A stretch of 40,135 bases of DNA from a virus (Duplodnaviria > Heunggongvirae > Uroviricota > Caudoviricetes), in the IMG/VR virus record IMGVR_UViG_2547132278_000018, one strand, 5' to 3'. The number at the start of each line of letters is the position of its first letter. Position 1 is the stretch's first letter. Below, one piece after another: positions 8,879 through 17,512 of the stretch. The notes under the pieces were generated by a model. It saw nothing but the letters and a program-made list of their open reading frames with translations, did not search any database and was not told the DNA's origin. The translations under genes and the position numbers were made by a program.

Positions 8879-9809
8879 ATTAACCGGCTATGTATGGGAT
8901 GGTTGCGCTGCATCAGGCATGAAGTTATCCAGCGTGGCAATTATGGCCCGCCTGGCTGATTTCAGTAATGACGAAGGTGTGTGCTGGCCATCAATTGAAA
9001 CCATTGCCCGTCAGATTGGCGCGGGGATGAGTACCGTCAGAACGGCTATCGCACGGCTGGAAGCAGAAGGCTGGTTAACGCGTAAGGCGCGTCGCCAGGG
9101 TAACCGCAATGCGTCGAATGTTTATCAGCTTAACGTTGCGAAGCTTCAGGCAGCGGCATTTTCTCAACTGTCAGATTCTGACCCGTCAAAATCTGACGCA
9201 TCAAAATCTGACCCGTCAAAATTTGATGCGTCGAAATCTGGCAAAAAAGCGGGTTTTCACCCGTCAGAATCTGGCGGGGATCCGTCAGTAAAATCAAAAC
9301 ATGATCCGTCAGATAAAAAACCTTCTCGTCCGGACGCTTCGCAACCGGACACGCAGACGGCTGAACAGGATTTTTTAACTCGCCATCCTGATGCGGTTGT
9401 ATTCAGCCCTAAAAAGCGCCAGTGGGGGACGCAGGATGATTTGACCTGCGCACAGTGGCTCTGGAAAAAAATCATCGCCCTGTACGAGCAGGCTGCCGAA
9501 TGTGACGGCGAGGTGGTTCGTCCCAAAGAACCGAACTGGACAGCTTGGGCAAACGAAATTCGCCTGATGTGTGTACAGGATGGGCGTACTCACAAACAAA
9601 TCTGCGAGATGTACAGCCGCGTCAGCCGCGATCCGTTCTGGTGCCGTAACGTGCTCAGCCCGTCGAAGCTGCGGGAAAAATGGGATGAGCTTTCCCTGCG
9701 CTTATCGCCGTCCGTCAGCACGTACACCGAAAAACGCGAGGACCCGTACTTCAAAGCCAGTTACGACAACGTGGACTACAGCCAGATCCCGGCAGGATTC
9801 AGAGGGTGA
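8868..9809 (+). CDS. Replication initiator (lambda O-like, HTH N-terminus) containing in-gene iterons
   Basis: 313 aa; N-terminal winged-helix-like region; central low-complexity linker SDPSKSDASKSDPSKFDASKS encoded by DNA iterons. Confidence 0.75.
   Translation: MSTKLTGYVWDGCAASGMKLSSVAIMARLADFSNDEGVCWPSIETIARQIGAGMSTVRTAIARLEAEGWLTRKARRQGNRNASNVYQLNVAKLQAAAFSQLSDSDPSKSDASKSDPSKFDASKSGKKAGFHPSESGGDPSVKSKHDPSDKKPSRPDASQPDTQTAEQDFLTRHPDAVVFSPKKRQWGTQDDLTCAQWLWKKIIALYEQAAECDGEVVRPKEPNWTAWANEIRLMCVQDGRTHKQICEMYSRVSRDPFWCRNVLSPSKLREKWDELSLRLSPSVSTYTEKREDPYFKASYDNVDYSQIPAGFRG
9169..9320 (+). repeat. Iteron array (about 15-bp units CCGTCAAAATCTGAC / GCATCAAAATCTGAC and degenerate copies) - candidate phage origin
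   Basis: Four tandem 15-bp units at 9181-9240 plus degenerate copies on both sides, inside the initiator ORF as in lambda ori. Confidence 0.6.
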
Positions 9810-10300
9810 TCATGAGTCTGTTAAATGACGTTCAGAAATTCATTGAAGCCCATCCGGGGTGTACTTCCGGAGACATTGCGGATGCTTTTGCAGGTTACTC
9901 ACGGCAGCGCGTTCTGCAGTCTGCAAGCAAGTTACGTCAGAGTGGGCGTGTGGCTCACCGTTGTGAAGGAGATACACGCAGACATTTCCCGCGCCTGACT
10001 GAGAGAGCGCAGGCACCGGAACCACAACCAGTTCGAGAAACCAGACCTGTGCGCAATTTCTATGTCGGCACTAACGATCCACGGGTGATTTTGTGCCTGA
10101 CCCGCCAGGCTGAAGAACTGGAGTCCAGGGGCTTATACCGTCGTGCTGCAACCGTGTGGATGGCGGCATTCCGTGAAAGCCACTCCCAGCCAGAACGAAA
10201 CAATTTTCTGGCGCGTCGTGAGCTGTGTTTACGAAAAAGCAGCAAGCGCGCTGTATCGAGTGATGAGTGGTATCTGTCAGGGAATTACGTGGGGGCTTAA
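9806..10300 (+). CDS. Hypothetical protein in the helicase-loader position (not recognisably P or DnaC-like)
   Basis: 164 aa; start overlaps upstream stop (ATGA); Arg-rich C-terminal half. Confidence 0.55.
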   Translation: MIMSLLNDVQKFIEAHPGCTSGDIADAFAGYSRQRVLQSASKLRQSGRVAHRCEGDTRRHFPRLTERAQAPEPQPVRETRPVRNFYVGTNDPRVILCLTRQAEELESRGLYRRAATVWMAAFRESHSQPERNNFLARRELCLRKSSKRAVSSDEWYLSGNYVGA

Positions 10301-10626
10301 TGACGACGTTAACTCAATGCCAACAGCAGGTGCTGGATATGCTGATTTCTTATCAGAAAGAGCGTGGCTTTCCGCCAACCAATCAGGAGGTGGCAACCAT
10401 GCTGGGATACCGTTCAGTGAATGCAGCGGTAGAGCATCTTCGTGCACTGGAGAAAAAAGGCGTCATCACGATAAAGCGTGGCGTGGCCCGGGGGATAACG
10501 CTTCATACCGCGGTGAAGGACGACGACAGCGAGGCGGTCGGGATTATCCGCGCACTGCTTGCCGGTGAGGAAAACGCAAAGCTGCGTGCAACCCACTGGT
10601 TACATGAGAGGGGCCTGAAAGTATGA
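10300..10626 (+). CDS. LexA-N-terminal-like DNA-binding protein
   Basis: Start at MTTLTQCQQQVLDML (TAATG overlap); resembles the LexA DNA-binding domain (GFPPTNQEVATMLGYRS...). Confidence 0.55.
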   Translation: MTTLTQCQQQVLDMLISYQKERGFPPTNQEVATMLGYRSVNAAVEHLRALEKKGVITIKRGVARGITLHTAVKDDDSEAVGIIRALLAGEENAKLRATHWLHERGLKV

Positions 10627-11012
10627 AGCTGATCCTGCCTTTTCCGCCCAGCGTGAACACGTACTGGCGACACCCCAACAAAGGGGCGTTTGCTGGTAAG
10701 AGCCTGATAAGCGCGGCGGGGCGAAAATTCCAGAGCGCAGCGTGCGCAGCAATAGTTGAGCAGTTACGTCGTCTGCCGAAACCAACGTCGGCACCTGCTT
10801 CAGTGGAGATCTTGTTGTTTCCTCCGGATAACCGGATCCGCGATCTGGACAACTATAACAAGGCGCTGTTTGACGCCCTGACCCACGCGGGTGTGTGGGA
10901 AGACGACAGCCAAGTGAAAAGAATGTTGGTGGAGTGGGGACCGGTTATCCCGGAAGGGAAGGTCGAGATCACTATCAGTAAGTACGAGAAACCGGCGGGT
11001 GCAGCCGCCTGA
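10623..11012 (+). CDS. rusA: Holliday-junction resolvase RusA
   Basis: 129 aa, MKLILPFPPSVNTYWR...; characteristic RusA N-terminal motif. Confidence 0.9.
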   Translation: MKLILPFPPSVNTYWRHPNKGAFAGKSLISAAGRKFQSAACAAIVEQLRRLPKPTSAPASVEILLFPPDNRIRDLDNYNKALFDALTHAGVWEDDSQVKRMLVEWGPVIPEGKVEITISKYEKPAGAAA

Positions 11013-11031
11013 TTAAGAGGAGAAACGAAGT

Positions 11032-11841
11032 ATGAATAATCTGATGGTCATTGATGGTATTGAAGTTCGTCGTGATGCTTATGGGCGTTACAGCCTGAAC
11101 GATCTGCATCGCGCAGCAGTAGCATCTGGTGCAAATGCCAGAACCAAGGAGCCGGGAAAGTTTCTTTCCAGCCAACAAACTGTTGAACTTGTTCATGAAT
11201 TGACCAACACCCAGAATTTGGGTGTTGACCCGGTGAGTGTGATTCATGGGGGAAATGAACGGGGAACTTATGTCTGCAAGGAACTGGTGTATGCCTATGC
11301 AATGTGGATCAGCCCGTCATTCCATCTGAAGGTGATCCGTACTTTCGACATGGTAACCAGCGCACCGGAAAAATTATCCGGACAGGCTGCTGACAAGATG
11401 AAGGCTGGTGTGATTCTGCTGGACTTTATGCGTCGGGAGTTAAACCTGTCTAACTCATCTGTGCTTGGTGCCTGTCAGAAACTCCAGGAGGCTGTTGGCT
11501 TACCGAATCTGGCACCGCGCTATGCCATTGATGCTCCTGCTGATGCACACGATGGCTCAAGTCGCCCGACACTGTCACTGAGTGCACTGCTGAAACAGTA
11601 TGGTATCCGCCTGACGGCTAATCAGGCATATCACCAGATGGTGAAGCTGGGGATCGTCGAGCAGCGCGAACGATACAGCCGTACCGCGATTAACAACATC
11701 AAAAAATTCTGGTCGCTGACAGCGAAAGGCTGCATGTTCGGCAAGAACATCACCAGTCCCGCAAATCCGCGCGAGACGCAGCCGCACTTCTTCGAATCCC
11801 GATTCCCTGAGCTGTTAAAGCTGCTCGATACCGTTCATTGA
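11032..11841 (+). CDS. KilA-N domain protein (antirepressor-like)
   Basis: 269 aa; N-terminal KilA-N-like region (IDGIEVRRDAYGRYSLNDLHRA). Confidence 0.7.
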   Translation: MNNLMVIDGIEVRRDAYGRYSLNDLHRAAVASGANARTKEPGKFLSSQQTVELVHELTNTQNLGVDPVSVIHGGNERGTYVCKELVYAYAMWISPSFHLKVIRTFDMVTSAPEKLSGQAADKMKAGVILLDFMRRELNLSNSSVLGACQKLQEAVGLPNLAPRYAIDAPADAHDGSSRPTLSLSALLKQYGIRLTANQAYHQMVKLGIVEQRERYSRTAINNIKKFWSLTAKGCMFGKNITSPANPRETQPHFFESRFPELLKLLDTVH

Positions 11842-11842
11842 G

Positions 11843-12838
11843 GTGACCGTGAGAGCACTACTGACCCCTGAAATTGCCCCGCGTATGGGGATCGTATTGT
11901 TCAGGCCAGGTTCAGAGCTGATGCCCCTGTTTATGCAGGGGCGTGTCCTGCTGGAGCCTGAGCCGGAACGTTATTCATCTTTTGCCAGTGGTGCCGTTCC
12001 GGCGGCATCACAACCGCTGGCGGATGATCCTGCCGTTCGGGCCGTGTTCCGCAATGAGGCAGTGATCCGTCGTGCTGGTGGCGTGGAATGTCTTGAAAGC
12101 TGGTTACTTCGTGAAAAAGGCTGCCAGTGGCCTCATTCCGACTGGCACAGCGAGAACATGACCACAATGCGACACGCTCCGGGCGCAATCCGTCTGTGCT
12201 GGCACTGCGATAACCAGCTGCGCGATCAGTTCACGGAACGGCTGGAATCAATGGCAACGGATAACTGTGCTCGCTGGGTGTTGTCTGTCGTGCGTCGGGA
12301 TCTCGGTTTTGATGATAGTCACGTTATGACAATGCCGGAACTGTGCTGGTGGCTGGTTCGTAATGACCTGGCGGATGCCTTACCGGAAAGTGCAGCCCGT
12401 AAGGCTCTGAGATTACCGAAGCCTGTTGTGCCGTCTGTCACCCGGGAAAGTGACCTTGTGCCTTTGGTTCCTGCCACCAGCATCATCCAGGATAAAGCGA
12501 AAAAGGTGCTGGCGCTGAAAGTGGATCCGGAGTCGCCGGAGTCTTTTATGTTACGCCCGAAACGTCGCCGCTGGGTTAATGAAAAGTACACGCGCTGGGT
12601 TAAGACACAGCCGTGTGCATGTTGTGGAAAGCCTGCTGATGATCCCCACCACCTGATAGGCCACGGTCAGGGTGGAATGGGTACAAAAGCGCATGACCTC
12701 TTTGTGTTGCCTTTGTGCAGAAAGCATCACGACGAGCTGCATGCGGATACCGTGGCATTTGAAGAGAAGTATGGCTCCCAGCTGGAGCTGATATTTCGTT
12801 TTATCGATCGTGCGCTGGCAATAGGCGTACTGGCGTAA
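11843..12838 (+). CDS. DUF968-family protein with C-terminal HNH-like Cys/His cluster
   Basis: 331 aa; C-terminus CACCGKPADDPHHLIGHGQGGMGTKAHDLFVLPLCRKHHDELH. Confidence 0.7.
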   Translation: MTVRALLTPEIAPRMGIVLFRPGSELMPLFMQGRVLLEPEPERYSSFASGAVPAASQPLADDPAVRAVFRNEAVIRRAGGVECLESWLLREKGCQWPHSDWHSENMTTMRHAPGAIRLCWHCDNQLRDQFTERLESMATDNCARWVLSVVRRDLGFDDSHVMTMPELCWWLVRNDLADALPESAARKALRLPKPVVPSVTRESDLVPLVPATSIIQDKAKKVLALKVDPESPESFMLRPKRRRWVNEKYTRWVKTQPCACCGKPADDPHHLIGHGQGGMGTKAHDLFVLPLCRKHHDELHADTVAFEEKYGSQLELIFRFIDRALAIGVLA

Positions 12839-12852
12839 GTGGAGAATGCTAA

Positions 12853-13431
12853 ATGATTAATCCTTCTGAAGTTGGCAAATCAGGTGAAATGGTTCGCCTT
12901 CGTACTCTGGAAAGTATCTGGATACAAGGCAAGTTGCGCATGTGGGGCCGCTGGTCTTATATCGGCGGTGGTAGTGGTGGAAACATGTTTAACCAGCTTC
13001 TGGCATCCGGGAAAATCACCAAGACAGCTATCAATGAAGCGCTACGCCGGATGAAGATAGCGGGTATCACCAAGCCTGAACTTGAAGCGTACCTGCGTGA
13101 AATTCTCAACAGCAAAAATAAAAGCGGCCTGGCGTTCTGTTCAGATGAAGAAGGGTTGTTAGTGGACGGTGTCATTGCTTCAGTACTGATGAATGATGAC
13201 TACCGATCGCTCTATAGCGTGATTGTTGACCGGTATCGTCTTCGTAAGAGCAAGTTGCAGATGGCCAATGAACTGCAGGCTAAACATCCTGACTGGCCGC
13301 TGATCACCTGTCGTCGACGCATTGACACTTGGCTAAGTCTTGCAGAATCGATCCTGTACGCTCCAGTTTGTGACGCATTCGGCACAAATAGCGACAGATT
13401 TAAGTTGCAGAGTGAGCAAGAAAGTGCTTAA
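12853..13431 (+). CDS. Putative late-gene antiterminator (Q-like), by position
   Basis: 192 aa immediately upstream of a promoter/short leader/terminator unit and the lysis genes; no confident family recall. Confidence 0.45.
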   Translation: MINPSEVGKSGEMVRLRTLESIWIQGKLRMWGRWSYIGGGSGGNMFNQLLASGKITKTAINEALRRMKIAGITKPELEAYLREILNSKNKSGLAFCSDEEGLLVDGVIASVLMNDDYRSLYSVIVDRYRLRKSKLQMANELQAKHPDWPLITCRRRIDTWLSLAESILYAPVCDAFGTNSDRFKLQSEQESA

Positions 13432-13432
13432 A
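13404..13432 (+). promoter_or_regulatory. Putative late promoter pR'
   Basis: TTGCAG, 17 nt, TTAAAT overlapping the Q stop codon. Confidence 0.45.
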
Positions 13433-13482
13433 TTGTGGTAGGCTCGGGACGTTAAAGCGAACTGAGCAACACAACATTAATA

Positions 13483-13507
13483 GCCCGCCATTGAGCGGGT
13501 TTTTTTG
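13483..13507 (+). terminator. Rho-independent terminator (tR'-like)
   Basis: GCCCGC-CATTGA-GCGGGT followed by TTTTTTT. Confidence 0.7.
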
Positions 13508-13537
13508 TTATGATTCCTCTGAAACTCAGGAGGCTTC

Positions 13538-14134
13538 ATGACTTGGCAAAACGTACCGTACGCTTTCGAAAAAACTACTGGCGAGTTGACCTTGGTAATA
13601 GAAAAATTACCGCCAATTGAAATCAGTTCTTCCTTTCCTTTTGAAACACTCATTACTGCTCTTGCAGGCGTTATTGCCGCAGGAATAACTGGTTGGGTTG
13701 CATACAGGGCAATCAAAGAAAATTTTGCCTTAGCCACATTACAGGCTCACTTGAATACTAATAAAGAATTGGCGCAACAAATACGTTTTGCTGGCGCTGA
13801 GCATGTGACAGACGTAATTATGTTGGCCAGCACATTTGAGCAATGGCATCTGGTCGGAAATAAGAATATGGATATATTGGCTAAGGGTGTTTTCCCTGAG
13901 GAGATTCAAGTTCCAATAAAGGCCGCTGAAATAAGTAAAAATAAATTACTTCTATTAATAAGGCCTGATGAGGAAGGTTGTAAGTTGATAACCCTGACGG
14001 CAGATCTTCAAAAAGCGCTAAAAGTATGTTTTACAAAAGGGTATTTTACTCCGGAAGAAAAAAAGTCATTTATTGATGCACAAAACGCCTTTATTTTTGG
14101 GTGTCATGAGTATATCAATCAAAGTTTATCTTAA
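13538..14134 (+). CDS. Moron: 198-aa single-pass membrane protein of unknown function
   Basis: AGGAGG RBS; one hydrophobic helix (LITALAGVIAAGITGWVAY); AT-rich; bracketed by terminators. Confidence 0.65.
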   Translation: MTWQNVPYAFEKTTGELTLVIEKLPPIEISSSFPFETLITALAGVIAAGITGWVAYRAIKENFALATLQAHLNTNKELAQQIRFAGAEHVTDVIMLASTFEQWHLVGNKNMDILAKGVFPEEIQVPIKAAEISKNKLLLLIRPDEEGCKLITLTADLQKALKVCFTKGYFTPEEKKSFIDAQNAFIFGCHEYINQSLS

Positions 14135-14151
14135 AAAAACTATACCTTACC

Positions 14152-14178
14152 AAGGCCGCCTTAATGCGGCCTTTTTTG
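14152..14178 (+). terminator. Rho-independent terminator
   Basis: AAGGCCGCC-TTAAT-GCGGCCTT followed by TTTTTT. Confidence 0.7.
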
Positions 14179-14224
14179 TTTCCCCTCGTTCTGAGAGGAC
14201 CAACAGCAATTAAGAGGGGGCTAA

Positions 14225-14611
14225 ATGTCCGATCCGATTTCCGGTACTGGGCTGGCTGGTGGTGCCCTGACGGGTGCCAGTGTTTATGGACTGCTGACCG
14301 GAACTGATTACGGCGTTGTATTTGGCGCATTTGCAGGGGCTGTATTCTACATAGCAACAGCTGCAGATCTGAGTGCATCGCGCCGACTGGCATATTTTAT
14401 CGTGTCATATATTGCCGGGATTCTTTGCTCTGGGTTGGTTGGCTCCAAGCTGGCGAACTTGACCGGATACAGTGATAAACCTCTGGATGCTATTGGTGCC
14501 GTAATCGTCTCTGCTTTAGCCGTTAAAATCCTGACGTTCCTGAATAATCAGGATATCGGCTCGCTGGTGGCGCTCATAACGCGCCGGGGAGGTTCAGGTG
14601 GAGCTAAATGA
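14225..14611 (+). CDS. Putative holin (multi-TM small membrane protein)
   Basis: 128 aa, strongly hydrophobic, AGAGGGGG RBS, first gene of lysis cassette. Confidence 0.55.
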   Translation: MSDPISGTGLAGGALTGASVYGLLTGTDYGVVFGAFAGAVFYIATAADLSASRRLAYFIVSYIAGILCSGLVGSKLANLTGYSDKPLDAIGAVIVSALAVKILTFLNNQDIGSLVALITRRGGSGGAK

Positions 14612-14879
14612 CCCGACAGCAACTATAAATGCGCTGTTATGTGCTTGTGTTGTTATTACTCTGATGTTTTATCGTCGTGGTGATTCGCGGCATCGTCCTT
14701 GGGTTTCACGTTTAGCCTGGCTGATTACTGTTACATACAGTGCTGTTCCGTTGGCCTATCTCTGTGGGATTTATCCCCATTCCTCATGGCCCATTATCGT
14801 GGCGAACACTATTTTTCTTTCCGTGCTGGTGGCTGTCAGAGGCAACGTTGCACGTCTGGTTGATCATCTGAGGCACTAA
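14598..14879 (+). CDS. Putative second holin/antiholin-like membrane protein
   Basis: 93 aa, two to three hydrophobic segments, overlaps neighbours. Confidence 0.5.
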   Translation: MELNDPTATINALLCACVVITLMFYRRGDSRHRPWVSRLAWLITVTYSAVPLAYLCGIYPHSSWPIIVANTIFLSVLVAVRGNVARLVDHLRH

Positions 14880-15493
14880 TGAACCAACAATTATTTCAAA
14901 AGGCGGCTGGTATTAGCGCCGGGCTGGCTGCGCGCTGGTTTCCGCACATTGATGCGGCGATGAAGGAATTCGGCATTACAGCACCAGCGGATCAGGCAAT
15001 GTTTATCGCTCAGGTAGGCCATGAGTCGATGGGGTTTAGCGCCGTAGTTGAAAATCTTAACTACACACCATCTGCGCTTGTGGCGACGTTCGGAAAGAGG
15101 ATCACACAGCAGCAGGCTGATGCCCTTGGCAGAACATCCGGACATGCAGCTCGTCAGGATGCTATTGCCAATCTGGTGTATAGCAACCGACTGGGTAACA
15201 AAGCACCAGGTGATGGCTGGAAATATCGTGGTAGAGGATTAATTCAAATCACTGGCCTCCATAATTATCGCATCTGTGGCGCGGCGCTGAAGTTAGATCT
15301 GGTGACTTCACCTGAACAACTGGAACAGGAACTACAGGCTGCGCGCTCAGCTGCATGGTTCTACACCTCTAAAGGTTGCATGATCTACGGTGCCGATATT
15401 AACCGTGTTACGCGCATCATTAACGGCGGTTTGAACGGTATTGAGGATCGTAAGGTCCGATACAACAAGGCGCGGGCGGCGCTGCTGGTATGA
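14879..15493 (+). CDS. Endolysin, glycoside hydrolase family 19 (chitinase-like lysozyme)
   Basis: 204 aa; GH19-type motifs recalled (FIAQVGHES, GRGLIQITG). Confidence 0.8.
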   Translation: MNQQLFQKAAGISAGLAARWFPHIDAAMKEFGITAPADQAMFIAQVGHESMGFSAVVENLNYTPSALVATFGKRITQQQADALGRTSGHAARQDAIANLVYSNRLGNKAPGDGWKYRGRGLIQITGLHNYRICGAALKLDLVTSPEQLEQELQAARSAAWFYTSKGCMIYGADINRVTRIINGGLNGIEDRKVRYNKARAALLV

Positions 15494-15882
15494 AGATGAG
15501 TTATTGGGCGCTCATTTTAACGTTTATTGCTTGTGTCGCTGGTGGTCTTGTCTGGTCAGCGAATCACTATCATGGAAAGTTTCTGGAGGAGCAGAAGCGT
15601 GCTGATGCTGCGGAACAGCGAGCTGATTCTACTGAGGCTATCACCGCGAATGTTCTGCGTACTATGGCAATAACGAACATCATTCAGGAGGCGAATCAAC
15701 ATGCAAAACAGCAGATCGCACTGGAGTCACAGAGAACCCAGGAAGATATCAAAGTGGCTGTTGCGGATGATGATTGTGCTTCACGTCCTGTGCCTGCTGC
15801 CGCTGCTGACCGGTTGCGGAAGTACGCGAACAGTTTACGTCCAGGTTCCGGTAGTTCCGTTACCAGCCAGCCTGACGGCTGA
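15490..15882 (+). CDS. i-spanin (Rz-like)
   Basis: 130 aa; N-terminal TM helix then coiled-coil-like Q/A/E-rich region. Confidence 0.7.
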   Translation: MKMSYWALILTFIACVAGGLVWSANHYHGKFLEEQKRADAAEQRADSTEAITANVLRTMAITNIIQEANQHAKQQIALESQRTQEDIKVAVADDDCASRPVPAAAADRLRKYANSLRPGSGSSVTSQPDG

Positions 15883-16036
15883 AACCCCTCAGCCTGATTT
15901 ACCTGATCATTTTACGTGGGGCTCGAGCTTAGATCTGAATGTCGCCTTGTTGTCTGCATTGGCGCAGTGTAATACCGATAAAGCTGACATCAGAAGGATT
16001 GAAGTTGAGCGTGGTCACATCATGCAAAAAAAATGA
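15767..16036 (+). CDS. o-spanin (Rz1-like lipoprotein), overlapping the 3' end of the i-spanin gene
   Basis: Start taken at MMIVLHVLCLLPLLTGCGS; lipobox LTGC; +1 frame relative to Rz. Confidence 0.65.
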   Translation: MMIVLHVLCLLPLLTGCGSTRTVYVQVPVVPLPASLTAETPQPDLPDHFTWGSSLDLNVALLSALAQCNTDKADIRRIEVERGHIMQKK

Positions 16037-16128
16037 TGTTAACTTTGTTTTGTTCCTTGATTTGATATGTGATGGCCCAATAGATACAAAGCACCTGATT
16101 TTGGTGACTCTTTTAAAGGGCTTTACAC

Positions 16129-16449
16129 ATGAAAGATGGTATCTATTTTGTTGTTTTCAGAAGCAATCAACGTGATTTTGGTAATGGTACCGTAGTTGTC
16201 AAAAACAATGCAGTAAACGGCGGAGATTTTGGTTTTACGTATCAGGGAAAAATTGACGGTAGCCAACTTATTCTGCGCGTATCGCAGCATGATTTAAATG
16301 TCACCTCGGTTTTCCCTGGGGTAAAGAACTTTGAATTGAGTCTTTCTTTGCAGGAACGAGGACGTGATTACCTGTTAAATGGATCTGTGGTCGGAATGCC
16401 TCAGATGCAAATTTCAATTAGTGCAAAATACATTGGTGATCTGATTTAG
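16129..16449 (+). CDS. GrlR-like protein (moron downstream of lysis cassette)
   Basis: 106 aa beginning MKDGIYFVVF...; recalled as matching the GrlR family; AT-rich, own promoter-like sequence and terminator. Confidence 0.5.
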   Translation: MKDGIYFVVFRSNQRDFGNGTVVVKNNAVNGGDFGFTYQGKIDGSQLILRVSQHDLNVTSVFPGVKNFELSLSLQERGRDYLLNGSVVGMPQMQISISAKYIGDLI

Positions 16450-16467
16450 TTTATCGAGATGATAATT

Positions 16468-16492
16468 GAACCGCCTCCGGGCGGTTTTTTAT
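16468..16492 (+). terminator. Rho-independent terminator
   Basis: AACCGCC-TCCG-GGCGGTT followed by TTTTTTATT. Confidence 0.75.
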
Positions 16493-16541
16493 TGCCATTT
16501 CTATGGTCTGTTCCATCGTAATAACTTAAAGGGAAGCATTA

Positions 16542-16892
16542 ATGCCGCCACGAACCCCGAAAGCCTGCCGTGTTCGCGGCTGCCGCCATACCACTACTGA
16601 CCCTTCAGGCTACTGCGAAAGCCACAAAAGCGAAGGCTGGAAGCAATACAAACCTGGACAATCCCGTCATCAGCGCGGCTACGGTTCGAAGTGGGACAGT
16701 ATCCGCGCGCGTGTTCTGAAGCGTGACAAAGGCCTGTGTCAATTATGTCTGCGTGCTGGTGTGGTGCGTGAGGCGAAAACTGTTGACCACATCATCCCTA
16801 AAGCGCATGGCGGCACTGATGCTGACAGTAATCTGCAGAGTCTGTGCTGGCCGTGTCATAAGGCGAAGACGGCCCGTGAACGGTTAAAGTGA
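16542..16892 (+). CDS. HNH endonuclease (terminase-associated)
   Basis: 116 aa; Cys pairs and HNH core (VDHIIPKAHGGTDADSNLQSLCWPCH). Confidence 0.88.
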   Translation: MPPRTPKACRVRGCRHTTTDPSGYCESHKSEGWKQYKPGQSRHQRGYGSKWDSIRARVLKRDKGLCQLCLRAGVVREAKTVDHIIPKAHGGTDADSNLQSLCWPCHKAKTARERLK

Positions 16893-17017
16893 TAATAATT
16901 CTCAACTGTCTGAGGGGAGGGGCGGGTCAAATCCCTGCAGCCTGACGTCTTCCGGACTGCCCGCCCCATCGTTTTTTTATACCCGCGAAAAATGAAATTT
17001 AACCAGGAGTGCCGCAT

Positions 17018-17512
17018 ATGGCTGGAACGGCGGGGCGTTCCGGGCGTCGCCCCAAGCCAACGGCGCGCAAGGCGCTGGCCGGAAACCCCGGCAAGCGAGC
17101 CCTGAATAAAGGTGAACCTGTTTTTACGCCCATCAAAGGTGTTGAGCCACCGGAGTGGTTCGCTGAAGAAGATCTCCCTCTCGCTACGATCATGTGGCAA
17201 CTGACAACTAAAGAACTCTGCGGTCAGGGCCTGCTGTGCGTGACTGACCTTGCGGTGCTTGAGCGGTGGTGCGTGGCCTACGAGTTCTGGCGACGTGCCG
17301 TGAAAAATATTGCCAGACAGGGCAACACCATCACCGGTGCAATGGGCGGTATGGTCAAAAATCCGGAGCTGACTGCCAAAAAAGAACAGGAGTCCGAGAT
17401 GAGCAGTACGGGGGCAATGCTCGGACTCGACCCCAGCAGCCGCCAGCGTCTGATTGGCCTGGCGGGGAAGAAGAAAGCCACTAACCCGTTTCTGAAAATC
17501 ATCGAATCATGA
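17018..17512 (+). CDS. Terminase small subunit
   Basis: AGGAG 8 nt upstream of ATG; basic N-terminus; immediately precedes and overlaps TerL. Confidence 0.75.
   Translation: MAGTAGRSGRRPKPTARKALAGNPGKRALNKGEPVFTPIKGVEPPEWFAEEDLPLATIMWQLTTKELCGQGLLCVTDLAVLERWCVAYEFWRRAVKNIARQGNTITGAMGGMVKNPELTAKKEQESEMSSTGAMLGLDPSSRQRLIGLAGKKKATNPFLKIIES

Noticed and set aside
9169-9320. Possible CRISPR-like repeat array
   Set aside because: Units are only about 15 bp, directly tandem without spacers, and lie inside a protein-coding gene; they are replication iterons.
15701-16036. 111-aa form of the o-spanin ORF
   Set aside because: The N-terminal 22 residues are hydrophilic and precede the signal peptide; the start is more likely at the MM preceding the lipobox signal.
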